Below are positions 28,163 through 43,162 of a DNA stretch of 64,000 nucleotides, piece by piece; the stretch's first letter is position 1; every line of letters starts with the position of its first letter. The notes beneath the pieces were generated by a model. That model made no database searches. It was not told where the DNA came from and worked only from the letters and a program-made list of their open reading frames with translations. The position numbers and the translations under genes are program-made. This DNA comes from Octopus bimaculoides (Eukaryota), in assembly GCF_001194135.2 (NCBI RefSeq), contig NC_068986.1, positions 71,638,826 through 71,702,825 on the forward strand, written 5' to 3'.

Positions 28163-28376
28163 GGCGGCGAACTGGTAAAATTGTTAGAAAGCCAGGCAAA
28201 ATGCTTAAGGATGTTTTGTTCGTTTTTACGTTCTGAGTTCAAATTCCGCCGAGGTCGACCTTGCCTTTCGTCCTTTTGGATGTCAACAAAATATGTACCC
28301 AGTTGAATACTGGGGTCGATGTAAATGACTTACCCTTCTCCAAAAATTACTGACCTTAAACCAAAATTTTAAATCA
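28163..28376 (+). mobile_element. tRNA-derived SINE (ggcggcgagctggcag-type family), moderately diverged
   Basis: Head ggcggcgaactggtaaaattgttag, B box GAGTTCAAATTCC and body gtcgaccttgcctttc...ctggggtcgatgtaa; homologous to 55331-55560. Confidence 0.85.
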
Positions 28377-29229
28377 ATATTTCCCGTGGATGAGTTGGAG
28401 AGCAAGTTGTTGCTTAGCTCTAGTTTGACATTGACACAACATGTATGAATAAAGGTGTTCTACCCATGATAGTTCCGTCACTTTATATAAATAAGGATAC
28501 GTTATGCAATTTGCCCTTTCTTTGAAAGGTGTAATTTGAGACAGATATGGCTTCTAATTGTGGAATCTAATGGGGTTTTGTAATTTTTATATGTAGCGTT
28601 AGTGATTATGAAGTTTGGAGTTTGCTGCCGCAATAAATTGCGCCCCTCGCAAATTCAGTTGATTAGGACTTGTAAGATTATGTGTTTTGAGAAAATGGAA
28701 TAAGAATAACAATAGTAATTCAATATATAAATTGCTGAAATAGTTTTCATGCCATTCGCTTGATTTTATTATCGTATCAAAATTGCATTGTACAGATATA
28801 GACCTTTTGTCACATAATTCGCATAACATCGAACATATATAATCCTATATTTTGACAATTTAATGTTTGATAACAGACAACAACGGTATAAAATTCCAGT
28901 ATAATGAGATATATGCTACATGATTAAAGAGGTTTTCGGACTTTGCGGGTACATAAAGGTGAAAGTATCTATAAAACATGCAATAATGCATGGGAAAAGT
29001 AAGAGTGTCAGATAGCAACATAGCAACAAGTTGATTACGCTGGTAGTTAGTTGTAATCTCAAAGTTACACGCATGCATATGGGGTTACATGGTCTCTCTT
29101 CACTTACTCTGGAGAAGGTTAGCAGCTTGAACGCTTGAGCAACTCTTTTCAGAAATACACTGTTCAACTCTTGGCTATAAAATTTGTTTTAAATATTGCC
29201 TTTTTTGCCCATTTTCTAGACAACATGCA

Positions 29230-29560
29230 AGTATGGACCTCACCTAACAACGTACTCATACCTCAAGTCAATATGCACATGCCTCAACCAACAACAGCCC
29301 TGATAGGACAAGAATTCTCAATTAAGTTAGTTGCATTCCAGCTTGAATGGTAGCACCCTTGCAGGAGAAAGCAAAATCCGCAGAATCGCCTGCGGATACG
29401 CCTTGTTTGAAGAGGTCGAGGAAGTAAAGAATAACGACAGACTGAATTTGGTGTTGCAGTAAATGAACAGATTGAATTGGCATGCCAAATAACTCGGCAA
29501 CAGTCTAACAAAGGTGTAAAATTTTACAGATTTTGGCGTATAAATATCGGATGTCATACA
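29230..29560 (+). mobile_element. Possible RTE/BovB-type LINE apurinic endonuclease relic
   Basis: PQPTTALIGQEF..VA.LQE...GYALF...EFGVAVN loosely follows the RTE endonuclease pattern RRTALVARELARYNIDIAALxETR..GYTFFW..GVGFAI. Very degenerate. Confidence 0.4.
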
Positions 29561-29949
29561 AAGGGTTGGAATATGTGCTGTTTTAATCGTCTTGATAATC
29601 GCTGAATTTGACCAGGTTTGGTGCGATTGTGAGTCTTCGATTTTCCAACCACTCTCTGTTTCCCTTGCTTTATAGAATTTAGATATACTATGTTAAGTTT
29701 GATTTTTGAATGGGTATTACGAAAATAAAATGGATAGTCCGATGGATATGGTTGTCCAATCAAGAGATGTAGAGAAAGCATAGTTTAGATAATATTTTCT
29801 AGATTTTTCTTTGATATTGTGAGAAGTAGAACTTTCCTTAAATGGAATTTCTGCGCCATAAAAACCTTCTGCATTCAGATGTTCTCTCCGATTCCCCGTA
29901 AAACAATTTTCGCACTTACACCGTCAGTGTAAGTGCGAAAATTTGGAAC

Positions 29950-30500
29950 GTATTAGTCCTCAGTCTGTCAAGCCTCACACAGCACCAAAGATCTTCATTC
30001 TTCGATTTTTGCTTGTTGAATTGTTATTGATCTATACAGATAGGTATCTGAATTGTTTCTGCTTTTCTGGGTTAAGGTTTTCTGTTTTATTGGAAAGCCA
30101 TTAACGGGCCTACAATTTTTAAGATGTGTCATTCCTTTAATCTACAAAAGGCTGGAGACATTGTCCTATTGCTTGTGATCTAGTCCTCTCCGGAACTCAA
30201 GGAGCACAGTATCAACGACAAATTTACGAATAGGTTAGCCAGTCTCATCCAGAAATGGGTTAAAAGAAAGCAGTCTTTGAAAGATTGAACAGAGGCGGCA
30301 AACGTAAATATTGCATTCGTTATATACTATCCCTTGGTCGTCATACCTTACCCTATTTCAAACCTGGTAAGATTAGAGCTTCCGATGTTCTGCTTCATGT
30401 AAAGGAGACGTGTTGAATTGGTCAAACACTGCATCTGTACTCAAGAACCCCATCTCCGAGGTTTCCTTCCTTGCTTCATCTACAAAGATTTTTAAATAGT
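29950..30500 (-). mobile_element. Possible LINE reverse-transcriptase relic (domains 0-1)
   Basis: Minus-strand LK*GKV*RPRDSI followed by KGMTHLKNCRPV resembles LK.GKAPGPDGI ... KGD....NYRPI. Many stops. Confidence 0.3.
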
Positions 30501-31109
30501 GAGTGGGTGTCTTGTTCTTTGTGGGGCACGTCCTTTCACAGCTCGTCTCTTTGAAAGAGCTGCAGTTCTGAATAAAAAAAGGTTAATATTATGGGCGCTT
30601 GGCGTTTGGAGTCTTGTGCAGTGCTTACAGACCTCTACTACTTGAGGAATGTAGCCAGTGGAAGATACGCATTGGTTTCCATATCGAGGTGAGGAATAGC
30701 GACCACGGGTGACTTTCAAAAATCTCTGGCCTTATGGTATGGTCTGGCAGTGAATTTCATGTTGATATATTGGTAGTTGGCAAAGGACTGGTGTTAATAA
30801 ATCAAAATTTGCAGCATTGAACGTATGCTAAAAGTTATTATTAATGTACATTTTCAGAAACGGTGAATTATCGAATTATGTGATCAGTGGTAATAATTTA
30901 TGTTCTTTCATGCTCTGAGTTAAAAATTCGCTTGAGTTTAATTTGACATTTTATGTTTTTAAGGTAAATACAAATAAGTAACTATTATACAGTGTGATTA
31001 ATGTAATTAATTGTAGCAAATTTATAAATAATCTTATATAATTTTCATCCTGGCACAATATCAAAGGCATTAAAAATTTTGATATAAATTTTTGTGAAAC
31101 AATACTTAC

Positions 31110-31228
31110 TGCACGCAGCCAGTACGGTGCTCTATGCACACGTACACCACGGAAAAACATATTCGCAACAACACAAGCAAATACTGTGGATAGGGTAATC
31201 ATCACCATACTAAGGCAAAAATATGCAC
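31110..31228 (-). CDS. nAChR-like subunit, M3 exon (119 nt)
   Basis: Acceptor cgtttcag|GT (phase 1) and donor GCA|gtaagt (phase 0). Encodes (G)AYFCLSMVMITLSTVFACVVANMFFRGVRVHRAPYWLRA and joins the terminal exon in frame. Confidence 0.92.
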
Positions 31229-32625
31229 CTGAAACGTAAAACAAAATATTTAGTAATATTTATTCACACAAAATTTCAAAACATAAATACCGCTTCTCTT
31301 AGTCTTCAAATTATCGTAGAACGTTTGCAGGTTCTATTCTTCCAAAAGTATTCGAGAATTTAAATGTATAACAGAAAATACTTCCCCATATTTTTACAAT
31401 TTCATAGCAGGAACATATATTTTAGATATTACAATTATGTTATCAATTAAGTAGCGGCGTTGATCATCTAATATATATTTTTAAAGATGTATCTGTTATA
31501 ATATTTGAAAAAGGAAAAGTAACAATTCTCCTAATATGCACAATGTTCTCTGTTCAAGACTGGAATCTTTTGAAGATTCGCACTAGATTTTAGTATATAT
31601 GCAATCGTTGTTTACTAATTTGAAACTGAAGACTCTTGAAAATTTTGTCCACTAAAACACAAAAACTACCTGAAATACTAGAAGCTTGTATCTGTTTCAA
31701 ATCGACCATAGGTTTTTTTTTTATATTCACAAATTTATCACTAAACTATTACTGGTTTACTAATAGCTTTAGTGTTTTATAAATTACTTTGTTATGTTCC
31801 AGACGACGCACCGCCATCCGCAGCTGACACAAAATTCTCCAGGCAGTGACCCATGGTCTTTCGAGAGTAACGGATACCTTAAGGATATGCCATTGTTTAT
31901 TTTATGAAAGATTTACATAAATGATATAACTTTATCATCGCGATATCATTTTTTTGTTTAATTGAATTCATTAACATTCCAAACAAATTTCTAAATATTA
32001 ATTTTAACATAGAATTTAGTCACTATAATTTACAACTATTCACAATGGACAAAACATTTTTCAAGTTTAAGCCTAAGTGGGTTTTTATTTCCTCTTAATT
32101 TTCTGTTGATTTTAAATGAGGAAACTACACCAGGAAGTTATTTTGTAAAAGAAAACAAACATGAACAAATTCCATTGATTAGATACAACTTGCAAATAGC
32201 GTTTTTACTGGCTTACTACTAATTTGACGCAAATTAGTTGATAAAATATAAAGGTTTGATAATAAATTGAAGTAAAACGAAACATTACTAAGGCAAATTA
32301 TAAATATACATAAGATACAGTTCTAATATCTGAAAGAAAAATGAAGAATTGCATTTTGTTCATTTGATTCTATAGCTTTAACGGATCATATCTTTTAACA
32401 GTCCATAATAACTATCTTGCTGACTACATACAAAAATGTACAAAAAGGTAAATAATAAAATAAAGAAAAGAAAATGCAATTATAATTGATCAAACGGAAA
32501 AGGAAAAGGCAAACAATGAGTAGATAAACAATCTGTTCATAAAATCTATTATATAATACATGATCTCAGACACGATATCTACTGCATAGACCTTTTAGTT
32601 GTCATTTCAGTTGTGAAAAATAAAG

Positions 32626-32648
32626 TAATAATAATAATAATAATAATG

Positions 32649-32721
<73 letters not shown>

Positions 32722-32773
32722 CAACAACAACAACAACAACAACAATAATAACAACAAAAATAACAACAATAAC

Positions 32774-32838
<65 letters not shown>

Positions 32839-32850
32839 TAATAATAATAA
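32626..32850. repeat. Compound (TAA)n/(CAA)n microsatellite
   Basis: Direct reading. Confidence 0.95.
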
Positions 32851-34233
32851 ACTATCAGCAGTTCTATCAGCTGTATGCACATTTTAAAGGCGCGATTATC
32901 TTGCTTAGGATTGGGGAACATTAAATGGGTTAAAATAAAATATTTTGAGTGTAATGCATAAGGACGCTTTTATCAAAGACATAGTCATGAAACAAATAAG
33001 TGTTTTTATTGTTTAATGTTCCCTTTATAAGCTGCTATTTAAAAAATATATTGACATTTGACTTTGAAGTTTATTTTAAATTATAGGTTTAATTATATCT
33101 GAGCAAAAAAAAAAAAGAAAGAAGCTATACTGTTAGTATTTAGGCTAAATGCAGATATAATGAAGATGTTTATTTTCTAATAGAATATTCTTTAAAAAAT
33201 TTGATTAGTGAATAAAATGACAGCATAAAAAAAAATTCTGCATAATTGTGATGATTATTTTGTGACAAATTTCTTAAAAACCATAAACCTCAACGGCGAA
33301 TTTACTTTTTACTAAAAGGTGTTTTGCAATTTTATTTCAAATTAGTTATATTCTTCTTCCTTCTACCCAAAGTAAATTTATGCTAATAATATAACAAGAG
33401 CTTTTAGAAAACTGTTAAATAAACATATTTATTTCGTAACCAACGAACAATGGTTTCAGAACAAATGAAAGCCTAAGAATGTTACTAATATGTTTTGTTC
33501 ATGATGGATCTGTGGGGGCAATAAATTTTACTTGAATATATCTTTCGGTAACACCTAAAAAAGATCCCCCAACATTTGGTCTGCTTGATGATACTTGGTA
33601 CAGTAAAATTTGTGTCTTTCCATCCTATTCCCCATCCAGTAAAACGTAATATCAACGCCTTGCTGGAGTAACTAAATGTGTACTTTCAAATGCAAACCGA
33701 CAAAGTTTATTAGTTTTAGATACGCGTGTGTTTTCGCGTACTTTTTTGATGAACATGCATATGTTACTTGTCAATATATTAAACAATACGTCAATATAAT
33801 TGTTTCAGGTTTATAACGACCAATTTTACTTACACGCGACATACAATCGCATTCGAACATGCATGCAATTTAATATCTGAATATAATAAATTAAATATTA
33901 CTATACATTAACAAATTATAGATCGATGGGAATACACCTACAAATTTCTGAAAACAATTGAGATATTTTGCAAGAGTGTTGAGTGACAGAAATAGTGCTG
34001 TTTCATTCTTGCTGTTATCACCTTGATGTGACAAATTTATGTCAAGCTATAAATCATTCACGACACCAAACCACCTTCTTTGGTCATCATAATGTTATTG
34101 ATTCTAAACAATTTTCAAATCAATATAAGGGGAAGGCTTTATGGGGTTTCTGGTACGCATTTCTCATAATTTGCCCATAAAAGTGTGTTTGCATAAATAT
34201 CACTTTTCATTACACACACACACACTCGCATTC

Positions 34234-34295
<62 letters not shown>

Positions 34296-35364
34296 NNNNN
34301 NNNNNNNNNNNNNNNNNNNNNNNNNNNNNNNNNNNNNNNNNNNNNNNNNNNNNNNNNNNNNNNNNNNNNNNNNNNNNNNNNNNNNNNNNNNNNNNNNNNN
34401 NNNNNNNNNNNNNNNNNNNNNNNNNNNNNNNNNNNNNNNNNNNNNNNNNNNNNNNNNNNNNNNNNNNNNNNNNNNNNNNNNNNNNNNNNNNNNNNNNNNN
34501 NNNNNNNNNNNNNNNNNNNNNNNNNNNNNNNNNNNNNNNNNNNNNNNNNNNNNNNNNNNNNNNNNNNNNNNNNNNNNNNNNNNNNNNNNNNNNNNNNNNN
34601 NNNNNNNNNNNNNNNNNNNNNNNNNNNNNNNNNNNNNNNNNNNNNNNNNNNNNNNNNNNNNNNNNNNNNNNNNNNNNNNNNNNNNNNNNNNNNNNNNNNN
34701 NNNNNNNNNNNNNNNNNNNNNNNNNNNNNNGTGTGTGCACGCTAACTCTACCCTTACTTCAAGAATATAAATTGAATCAAAACGTAACTTAAAGGGAAAA
34801 TATAATCGGTGATATTATATGCTCCTATACGCTCGGATCTGACACCAAATTTTTGATGTAGTAAATATAACTTGTGTCTATCACATAAAGTAATGACAAG
34901 ACTTGATATGGCTGACGTAGCACTTTTCATGTATATAGATGAGGTGGACTTATTGGACAAGCATTCAAGGGGAATGATTTTCATTTAAATACGAACAAAA
35001 TGAAGTAAAAGAAAAGAAACATTTCTAGTGAACATACCCAATGCTACAACATACAATAAAAATGAATTTCTGCAAACAAAATTATCTTGAGTAAATGAGA
35101 CAAACAAAGCAAAACAGCAAAATGTACTTTTGGCTGTAAATATAATACAACAAAATGCTCCGGCGCTTGCTAATACAACTTATTAACACCGCTTTCATAA
35201 AGCAAAGTCGATTTGTACATGTACTAAATCTATTTTTTTTAGTTTGTCCTTGGCTTTTACCGAAATAAATTAACAGTAACAATGTCGCAATAGAATACTC
35301 AGTATATATATCTGCTTGCTCGCCAAGATTTGTTATCATTCTTTAATATTCACCTAAGTGCGAA

Positions 35365-35572
35365 GACAATGAGCTAGCAGAACTGTTAGCACGTTGGAAA
35401 AAATGCTTAGCGGTATTTCGTCCGTCCTTACATTCTGAGTTCAAATTCTGCCGAGGTCGACTTGCCTTTCATCCTTTCAGAGTGGATAAAATATGTATTA
35501 ATTGAGCACTGGGGTCCACGTAATCGACTTGTCCACTCCCCCGAAATTGCTGGCCTTGTGCCAAAATTTGAA
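35365..35572 (+). mobile_element. tRNA-derived SINE, same family as 28163-28376
   Basis: gagctagcagaactgttagc..atgcttagcggtatttcgtc..GAGTTCAAATTC..gtcgacttgcctttcatcctttc..ctggggtccacgtaatcgact. Confidence 0.85.
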
Positions 35573-36682
35573 TTCGCCTAAGTGAATCAACGGCAATATC
35601 ATATGACAACAGCTCTCGTTTTTTTGTCTGAAAGAAGACTACAGAAATTTCGATAAATAGGCAAACGTTACTACTTTCGTTCTGACTTCTTATGCAACTA
35701 GATGATGTTTCTGCTGCCGCCGTTATTACTGATATTAGTACTATCACTTACTGCTCCTGCTACTACTGTTGCAACGGTTACTGTGCTTACCTTGCTACTT
35801 CTGCTTTGTAGGTCTTTCAATCTTTCACACTGAAACCGCGTGTAGAGTAACTGAATCTTTCGTAGTCCTCCACTCTTTTCAATAGTTTGTCTCATTCCCT
35901 CACATATTCCAGACCGAGACTTACATACACTCAAAATACACTTTATATGTATCTAACCTTCAATACAATAATCTTTACCAAACCGTTTTCGCATCTATGG
36001 AATCAGCCAACTGTCCCACTGCAAGTACCTGATATACATCCACGTATCACACGGAAAACCCTACACCCAATATGCAATAATACTTCAAGTTAACCGACTT
36101 GTTGGAGCTCTGTCGGTTTTATGCCAACTCCCGTCGTATGTCCTCCTGAACATTCACAAAGAGTTGAGAGAGTGACTGAAACTAACTATATGTATGTGTG
36201 TAGAGAGAGAATGAGAGAGACAGAGAGTGAGCGGCATGGGAAGAAGAAAGTAAGAAACAAATAACTAAGCTAAGCACTCCGATTCGAGAACAAATAGGGC
36301 CGAATTATCTTTATTCTTCATTTGTAATTGACCAACTCATACTCAGAGTTATGCTTATTTGTACTCGTGTACTGATTTTCAATTTTTTATCATGGGCCAT
36401 GAGTCAATTATTAACCTAATAGTTTGCGGAAACTGTTCAGTAATTTGTTACGCAAGATCATATACGATCTCAGCGCGTTTTCTATGAACGTGAAGGCGAT
36501 CAACATGCTATAAACACTGAGTTTTGCTATCTAATACATACTCTCTAATTTTCTACTTTAACTAAAATCTTTTTTCGTTGACATTAACATAACCTAAAGT
36601 AAAGTTTGTATTTGCTGTCTGCTAGTTTCGTGTCCCTTTCCGTTAACAAAAGTAAAGCATATCAGTAAAGATGAAGGTTGTC

Positions 36683-36690
<8 letters not shown>

Positions 36691-36733
<43 letters not shown>

Positions 36734-36752
36734 CGTGTGTGCATGCGTGTGC

Positions 36753-36787
<35 letters not shown>

Positions 36788-36812
36788 TATGTATGTGTGT
36801 GTGTGTGTGTGT
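36691..36812. repeat. Alternating purine-pyrimidine tract (GT)n/(GC)n/(GCGT)n
   Basis: Direct reading. Confidence 0.9.
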
Positions 36813-38057
36813 TTGTGTGTATGTTATGGCTGGCTATGTAATTATTAACGTCAAAAGGCAACTTAACTATTTGATAACAGAAGTTAATAACAAATAGTAG
36901 GCTGATATGATGGATTAAAATCATTGTAGACAGTCCCTGTACATAGCCACAATTGAGTGACTAGTACCAGCAAAAGGATAAAGTAGCATATATATATGTG
37001 CTTGTATTCGCGTGTAAGTACTTGGTCATAAGAATATATGTAATAGTGAAAAATACGTGTATTCATGACTTTCAAATAACTAAGCTTATATTTTATTAAA
37101 ATTACAGTAATTGTTACTCTTAAAATAGTCAATGAATGAGCTGTAAATAATGAAAGATTGGCTACGGTTACGTATTGCAACATACAATTCAAAAGATAGA
37201 TTCCCTATAACATTTTCGATATATTTAAACGAACAAATACTTTCTTTGCAATTAAACAGAATTGCAAAGATAGATGAAATTAGAAATACATACCATTTTT
37301 TATAACTGCTTATCTTGATGTGTCTCAGGCTGGTAGATGATGCTGAAAGATTAACTTACTTCTCACTGCCAATGTTCGTTTATTACCCACTGAAACATGT
37401 TAGAGTACTGCCACCCTCCAAATATTGGAGAACATTGACTAAACAAATGATTTATTCAATATCAAAAATTGTGCCATTCCATTAGAATCTTTTATCCATT
37501 AGACATATTTTAAATAAAATAGACTATCAGCACTTGAATATAAATGTTCCTTATAACTTCTTAGAACTTGTTTTACTCTTTATTTAGTATATATGAAAAC
37601 AAAAGAAAATGTTTTGCCTTGGGTGAAATGATTAATTCAACAACTAAATTAGATATTTTATTTTAAGGTTTTATCCTCAAAGACTATCTAAAATTTGTTA
37701 TTAACATCTCAAAATTTCAAACTTTTACTAAGTCAGTTTCAATTAGATCACTTTTCGGTTTACACTCTCATGATTGAGAGAGTCGATCTAAAAGAAGTCA
37801 ATTTAAAATTTTCGAAATAAAGATGCTAACACTAATTTCACTGTTAAAAGCAGCAAGAAAAAAATATTTGGAAAATACCTTCCAAAACTTCTGGTTAAGA
37901 TTTACTTAAGCGTCTATTTTGATTGGATTCAATTATCAAATTGATTCCCTCCAAAATATCCGCTCTGTGAAGTCAGCAGATACCACACTAGAACACTGTA
38001 TATATATATATAATATTGCATGTATATACATTATATATATGTACAGGCGCATATATG

Positions 38058-38106
<49 letters not shown>

Positions 38107-40604
38107 GTGTGTGTGTGTGTATGTGTGTGTGTGTGTGTGTATAGATGTATACAAATACTCATATACATATTCATGCGCACACTCACACATACTTAAATCC
38201 ATACATACACATGCACACAAGCACTCATATATATGCATGTTAGTATGGAACTGATAAAATGAGTACTCAGTATTATGGAGGTGAGTAAATAATCTTTTTT
38301 AATGTAATGTTTGTTACCTCACTGATATAAAATATTTCCTGCTGGCATCGATAAACTTTTTCAACAAGAATTCAAAATGCAAATGATAAACTGTGTGCTT
38401 TAATGCATGATTGCATCCGCATTTAGAGTTCTGTTAGGAAAAATACTCCCAGCAAGAAACATTTAGTACTAGAGAAGTAACAAAAATTCGATAAAAAAGA
38501 TTTATATAAAGACAGACACATAGGCTCACAGACACAGCCACACACACTCCTACAAATATATAAACATATGCATATACACAAATTCATAGATATATGCGTG
38601 CACTTCAAGATAAGAACATATACTTGTAAGCACATGTAAGTTATATACCTATATATAAGAAAACTAAAGGTCCACGCACACTCATATAAGCACAAACAAA
38701 CCTATATACAGGCACTTGAGAATTTTAACAAACGTTCATATATACGCGCTTACCTACATATCGATAAATGCAGTGTATACATGAAATGTATGCATACAAC
38801 ACACTCATATGTACACTTAGCCATATGCTCACATTTACATATATTAAAATGAACGTGTAAGACACTACTACAGATACTCAAGCATATGATAATATTATAG
38901 TCACACTCACAGATGCTTAGTAATATATATAGATATAAATACGAATATATCAATACACAAATGTACACACATAAATATATGAATGTACAATCACAAACGT
39001 ATACACAATATAAATAGCGCATACATAATATATTGCGTATGTGAGAGTGTATAACGATGTATTTGAAAAACATTACTCAAACTATCTATTGCCTCTATAT
39101 GTCGTACGTAATTATCAGGTATTTTTTAGTTCCATAATTACTGTGGCATGAAACTTTTGGATCTTGAGTCATTGATGTATGTTTCCGGCTGTAAATAAAA
39201 TGCATAAATACTCTACTTTGTATGTTGAATTCTATATCTCCTGTCAGTACAATTTGGTCTATCACAGACACACACACACACACACGCACACACACACATA
39301 TATTTGTGGGTGGGTGTTTATGTGTGTGTGAGAGTATATGAGTGTGTCTTTTGATTGTTTGGATGTATGTATGTAATTCGTGTACGTAGGCAAAATGTTG
39401 AAATACTGACAGAAAACAAGCTATTGGTATCTCGAATCCATCGTTCAAATAATTTTGCAATTCAAATTAATAAATCATCTGGTCAGATAAACATATCGAA
39501 ATATAACAACAGATCTAACATATTGCCCCATATATATCAGAAATTCATGCCGAAAGAAAGATAAAATAAAATAAAGAACAAAATACACATTCAGAATTCA
39601 ATAACCATTAAACAAAAAATGTAAAACAAAATGATAAATTAAATTAGAGAATAAGAAAAATCCGGACAATTTATTCAATAAGGGCTAAAAGATCACATTG
39701 ACATGACAAGACATAGCAAGATACATCCAATTTAGATGTATCACATTGCAACTACATTAAACATTTGTTAAAATACATTTGGGATAAACTCAAGGTTATT
39801 TGTATCATAACCCAACAGAGACAGTTACAGTAAGGAGTAAGGCCCACAGAGGAGTTATTCTCAAGGTTTATTCCTATAATGACCTTACATAATAGAATTT
39901 GCAGTGTCAAACAGATGTACACAGGATAAACGGATGCTAACAACACACACAGATACAATTGAATAAATTTACTGCCGTACTGTTCAACATATATACATTG
40001 TCATAGCCAGGCTTATATACAGGTTAATCATATTTAATCAGTTAATCAGTTGTATTGTCTGAGTACATAGGCACAGAGGCAATGCAACTAGCTACACATT
40101 TAAAATTAGATACGCAAAGTACGATACATTAACATAGACCAGATTTGAAATTCATACACAAACATGTAATCAACATATATGCACAGATACATAACAACAT
40201 AATTATAAACAGGTGACTTAATCCATAAGATTACAGTTAGTCACATATCTAGCAATATTCTAACAATATTCATATACGCATACACACACACTCACACACA
40301 CAAACACACACACATACACACACACATATATATATATATGTAGTGGAGAATTAAAGAAATGTGTTCCTATGTATAAGTGAGAGTGTATTCTTAACATTAA
40401 CATTAACATGCATGAATAATACAAAACACGTTGTCAGTTATTTTATAAATACATTCCAGGATGATGAAAAAAAACTTAATAGTGATTTTCCCTCCTTTCT
40501 ACTAAGTAGATAATATCTTGCCTATTTCTCCAAGAAAAAAATGTCCTAACTTTAATCAATATAATAAATTATAATCTAAGAAAGTAAGAACTTTATATTT
40601 GAAA

Positions 40605-40663
<59 letters not shown>

Positions 40664-40954
40664 GCAGTCGAAAGAAAGCATGCATTACAAATTAAAATAT
40701 GGTAATGGTGCAGAGCCATGCAGTGCAAAGGACAATGAGATGTGTAAGAAATTAGTGGGTTTCCTTTTTTAACGGAACTACATTATTGTATTTAATTGTA
40801 AGTTATTTGAAAGTTTCCTAGTGCAACTAAGAGAACCAATTCTTGTTAGTATGAGTATAATTTATACTAAGAGTATTTCTCTTTCACTTTGTATCTGTCT
40901 ATGTATTCGTTCTTCCACTCTTTGTATACATACATACACGTACACATATGTACA

Positions 40955-40956
<2 letters not shown>

Positions 40957-41011
<55 letters not shown>

Positions 41012-41019
41012 GTCTATCC

Positions 41020-41088
<69 letters not shown>
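40957..41088. repeat. (TATC)n microsatellite
   Basis: Direct reading. Confidence 0.95.
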
Positions 41089-41089
<1 letters not shown>

Positions 41090-41504
41090 ATATATATATA
41101 TATATATATACATGCCCCCGTGTGTGCTGTGCATGCATGTTGTGTGTGGATGTATACTGAGCACACATTTTAACATACGATGTAATTAATATTTTAACCA
41201 ATGTTTTTACATCAGAAAATTAAAACTTTTTGATATGTAATATTATTTGCATAACTTTTACGTAACACGCATATGTATTTTATGTATGTCTCTCCCTTCA
41301 TACTATCTCAAATTTACACACAACATATAAACACACACATATATATATATATATACACCCACACATATATATACATATATATATACATATATATATATAC
41401 ATACACATACACACACATACATATAGATACTTACATACATACATATGTATATATGTGTAATTATAATGCAAATCTTTCTACTAGAGAGAAAGCTTGACAT
41501 TTTG

Positions 41505-41652
41505 AGCGAAAGGGCTAGTCGATTCCTTCGACACCAGTCTTAATATGAGATTTATTTCATCGAACTCGATAGATGAAAGGCAAAGTTAACCTCGGCGCAA
41601 TTTGATCGCAAAACGTAAACACACGGACAAAATGCTTGCAGCAATACCGCCT
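41505..41652 (-). mobile_element. Degraded copy of the same tRNA-derived SINE family
   Basis: The plus strand shows gatgaaaggcaaagttaacctcggcgcaatttga and ends ccgcc, the reverse complement of the family body and head. Confidence 0.6.
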
Positions 41653-41807
41653 TATAACGTACAAATAATAATATGAAGACAAAGAAAAATTCTTACTTTT
41701 GAGCCACTAATATATGACAATTACTGAACGCTGGAAAACATAATAAAGACATAGAGCGAGAACAAAGAAATAGAACGCTGGAAGACACACACACATACAT
41801 AGATACA

Positions 41808-41889
<82 letters not shown>

Positions 41890-42044
41890 NNNNNNNNNNN
41901 NNNNNNNNNNNNNNNNNNNNNNNNNNNNNNNNNNNNNNNNNNNNNNNNNNNNNNNNNNNNNNNNNNNNNNNNNNNNNNNNNNNNNNNNNNNNNNNNNNNN
42001 NNNNNNNNNNNNNNNNNNNNNNNNNNNNNNNNNNNNNNNNNNNN

Positions 42045-42097
<53 letters not shown>

Positions 42098-42681
42098 CAG
42101 ACCACAAACAATGAAGAGCTCTAAGAAAGTGATGAAAGTAGCCGAAATTTCGAGAAATTTTCAGTAAATCAAAAGTAATTTCGTGTAAGTGCTTGTCCTT
42201 TCAATTAGTTTTGTTTCACGATGGTATATCTCTAAATACTGGAAATCGCATCCACTGTCGCTTGTAATCATCCTGTCTTGTTTTCAACAACTAATGACTA
42301 AATAATCTGATACAGATCAGCCTTCCCTTAACTACACGAACTAAAACAAAAAAAAAAAACAACACCAGCGGTCGAAGAACAATACAAAAAACATGAACGG
42401 CAAAGTTTGGTAGTAAGCACTCCTAGTTGGAATTTTATGGTGGAGTCTTGGAGTAGCTATCTTTTATCACTAGATTATTTTCATTCTTGTTATTTTTCTT
42501 CACGTTTCTAGTATTACCGTGCTTCAACTATATGATGGCGAGCAAAACATCGCGTGAGCAAAATCTCAATGAAATTGAAATCTACAATAATGGGGCAAGT
42601 ATAATAATAGCTTCGTTATATACATATATATACATATATATATATATATGTATATATATGTATATATGTATNNNNNNNNNN

Positions 42682-42714
<33 letters not shown>

Positions 42715-43127
42715 TATATACATATATATGTATACATGTGTATATTTATATATATATATATATATGCATATATATTATATTATACATATATATATGTGTG
42801 TGTGTGTTATAAGCCCGAGTACCTAAACAGTTCTAGGAATTACACCAAAGACCTATACTTGTCAAACACATTCATACGAAACTTGACAGCAGCAAACCGA
42901 TTGTAGTTAGCAAAGAAAATTTTGTTGTTCAGTTCTAAATCTTACCACTCGTTGGTTACCTAACAACACCTATCCTCTTCGATCATCATGGACAATCTTC
43001 CGAAAAGTAGCGCATCTGCCCTTTCTCCTCTGAATAAGTCAGACAAATCTAAAATCTTAACACTCATGCATTCAATATTTCGACAAGAATTGATTTATGA
43101 GATATCCCGATGAGCACACTATGGTCT

Positions 43128-43162
<35 letters not shown>

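Noticed and set aside
33497-33680. Slightly GC-richer segment tested as the missing M2 exon upstream of M3
   Set aside because: No M2-like peptide or compatible splice sites in any frame.
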